Source: Octopus sinensis (Eukaryota). Taken from it: a DNA stretch of 64,000 nucleotides. Below the pieces are notes generated by a model that had not been told where the DNA came from, did not search any database, and was given only the letters and a program-made list of their open reading frames with translations. Below are positions 63,271 to 64,000 of this stretch, piece after piece; the first letter of the stretch is position 1, and the number at the start of each line of letters is the position of its first letter. The stretch lies in the NCBI RefSeq assembly GCF_006345805.1, contig NC_043000.1:41416001-41480000 (forward strand), in the 5' to 3' direction. Made by a program: the position numbers and the translations under genes.

Positions 63271-63539
63271 CTGCCCCAAAGCAGAGGAACCATGGTATAA
63301 CCCACTATGGTGTGGTAAACTTTCAGAATCCTCTGTACCCCAGGATGGTTCAGCTCTCATCCCGTTAAAAGCCACAGTTTACGGAATAAGGATAACAACG
63401 TAGCTTTCGCGTCCGTGCAACCGCCAGTCTATCGCGTGTGGTGGGTGGATCTTCAAGTTGCCACACGCATTCTTAGTAACTTAGAGTAGGCTCGAATTTT
63501 AGATTATTCTTCGTGGCTAATGAGTGAGTCCTGATTGGA

Positions 63540-63745
63540 GAAGAAGAAGAAGAAGAAGAAGAAGAGAAGAGAAGAAGAAGGAGAAAAGAAACAGAGAAAA
63601 AGAGAAGAAGAAGAAGAAGAAGAGAAGAAGAAAGAAACAGAAGAAGAAGAAGAAGAAGAAGAAGAGAAGAAGAAGAAGAAGGAAGAAGAAAGAGACGAAG
63701 AAAGAAGAAGAAGAGAAGAAGGGAAGAAAGAAGAGAAGAAGGAAG
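63540..63745. repeat. (GAA)n-rich polypurine microsatellite
   Basis: Direct reading; source of the poly-E/K/R ORFs. Confidence 0.95.
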
Positions 63746-64000
63746 AAGGCAGCACCACCACCAATACCACCACCAAAACCACCAACGGTAACAGTAGCAT
63801 CAACCGTAACAGCACAAATCGGCTGTACCACTAACCATCATTACCACTAGCAACATGCTTATCATGAGTCAATGGGGAAGGCCTCAATGCAAGCGCTTGA
63901 CCTGCTAGAAAAAGCAGTTAAATATACCGCAAATCAAATCTTGCCGTTCTTATAGAGGAGGTACTCGTTGTAATATTAATGACTCGTAGGGACGCGGTAT

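Overview
AT-rich, microsatellite-saturated animal DNA. The SINE and repeat families match my recollection of octopus (coleoid cephalopod) genomes; that is an inference, not a database result. There is no intact protein-coding gene, rRNA, bona fide tRNA or CRISPR array, and nearly all long ORFs in the track are translations of microsatellites. The window looks like a large intron or intergenic region full of mobile-element relics: several tRNA-derived SINE families, at least five Tc1/mariner derivatives, Chapaev(CMC)-like, hAT-like and Helitron-like relics, RTE and R4/Dong-like LINE 3' ends, and a Penelope-like (PLE) reverse transcriptase relic. Highlights: (1) five type I hammerhead ribozyme motifs from four unrelated small cassettes, all with palindromic stem III and mostly inserted in (TA)n, two with canonical cores and unusually long stem II; (2) a nested multi-arm inverted-repeat structure at 50.3-52.3 kb; (3) two stacks of (TAA)n-targeted insertions containing three R4/Dong-like lineages and a non-coding passenger element; (4) SINE dimers/trimers each bounded by one target-site duplication (TSD) with recurrent junctions; (5) two old tandem arrays (26-bp dyad-core, ~103-bp hairpin-bearing); (6) one candidate exon for a small secreted peptide. 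Boundaries of degenerate elements are approximate (about +/-20 bp).
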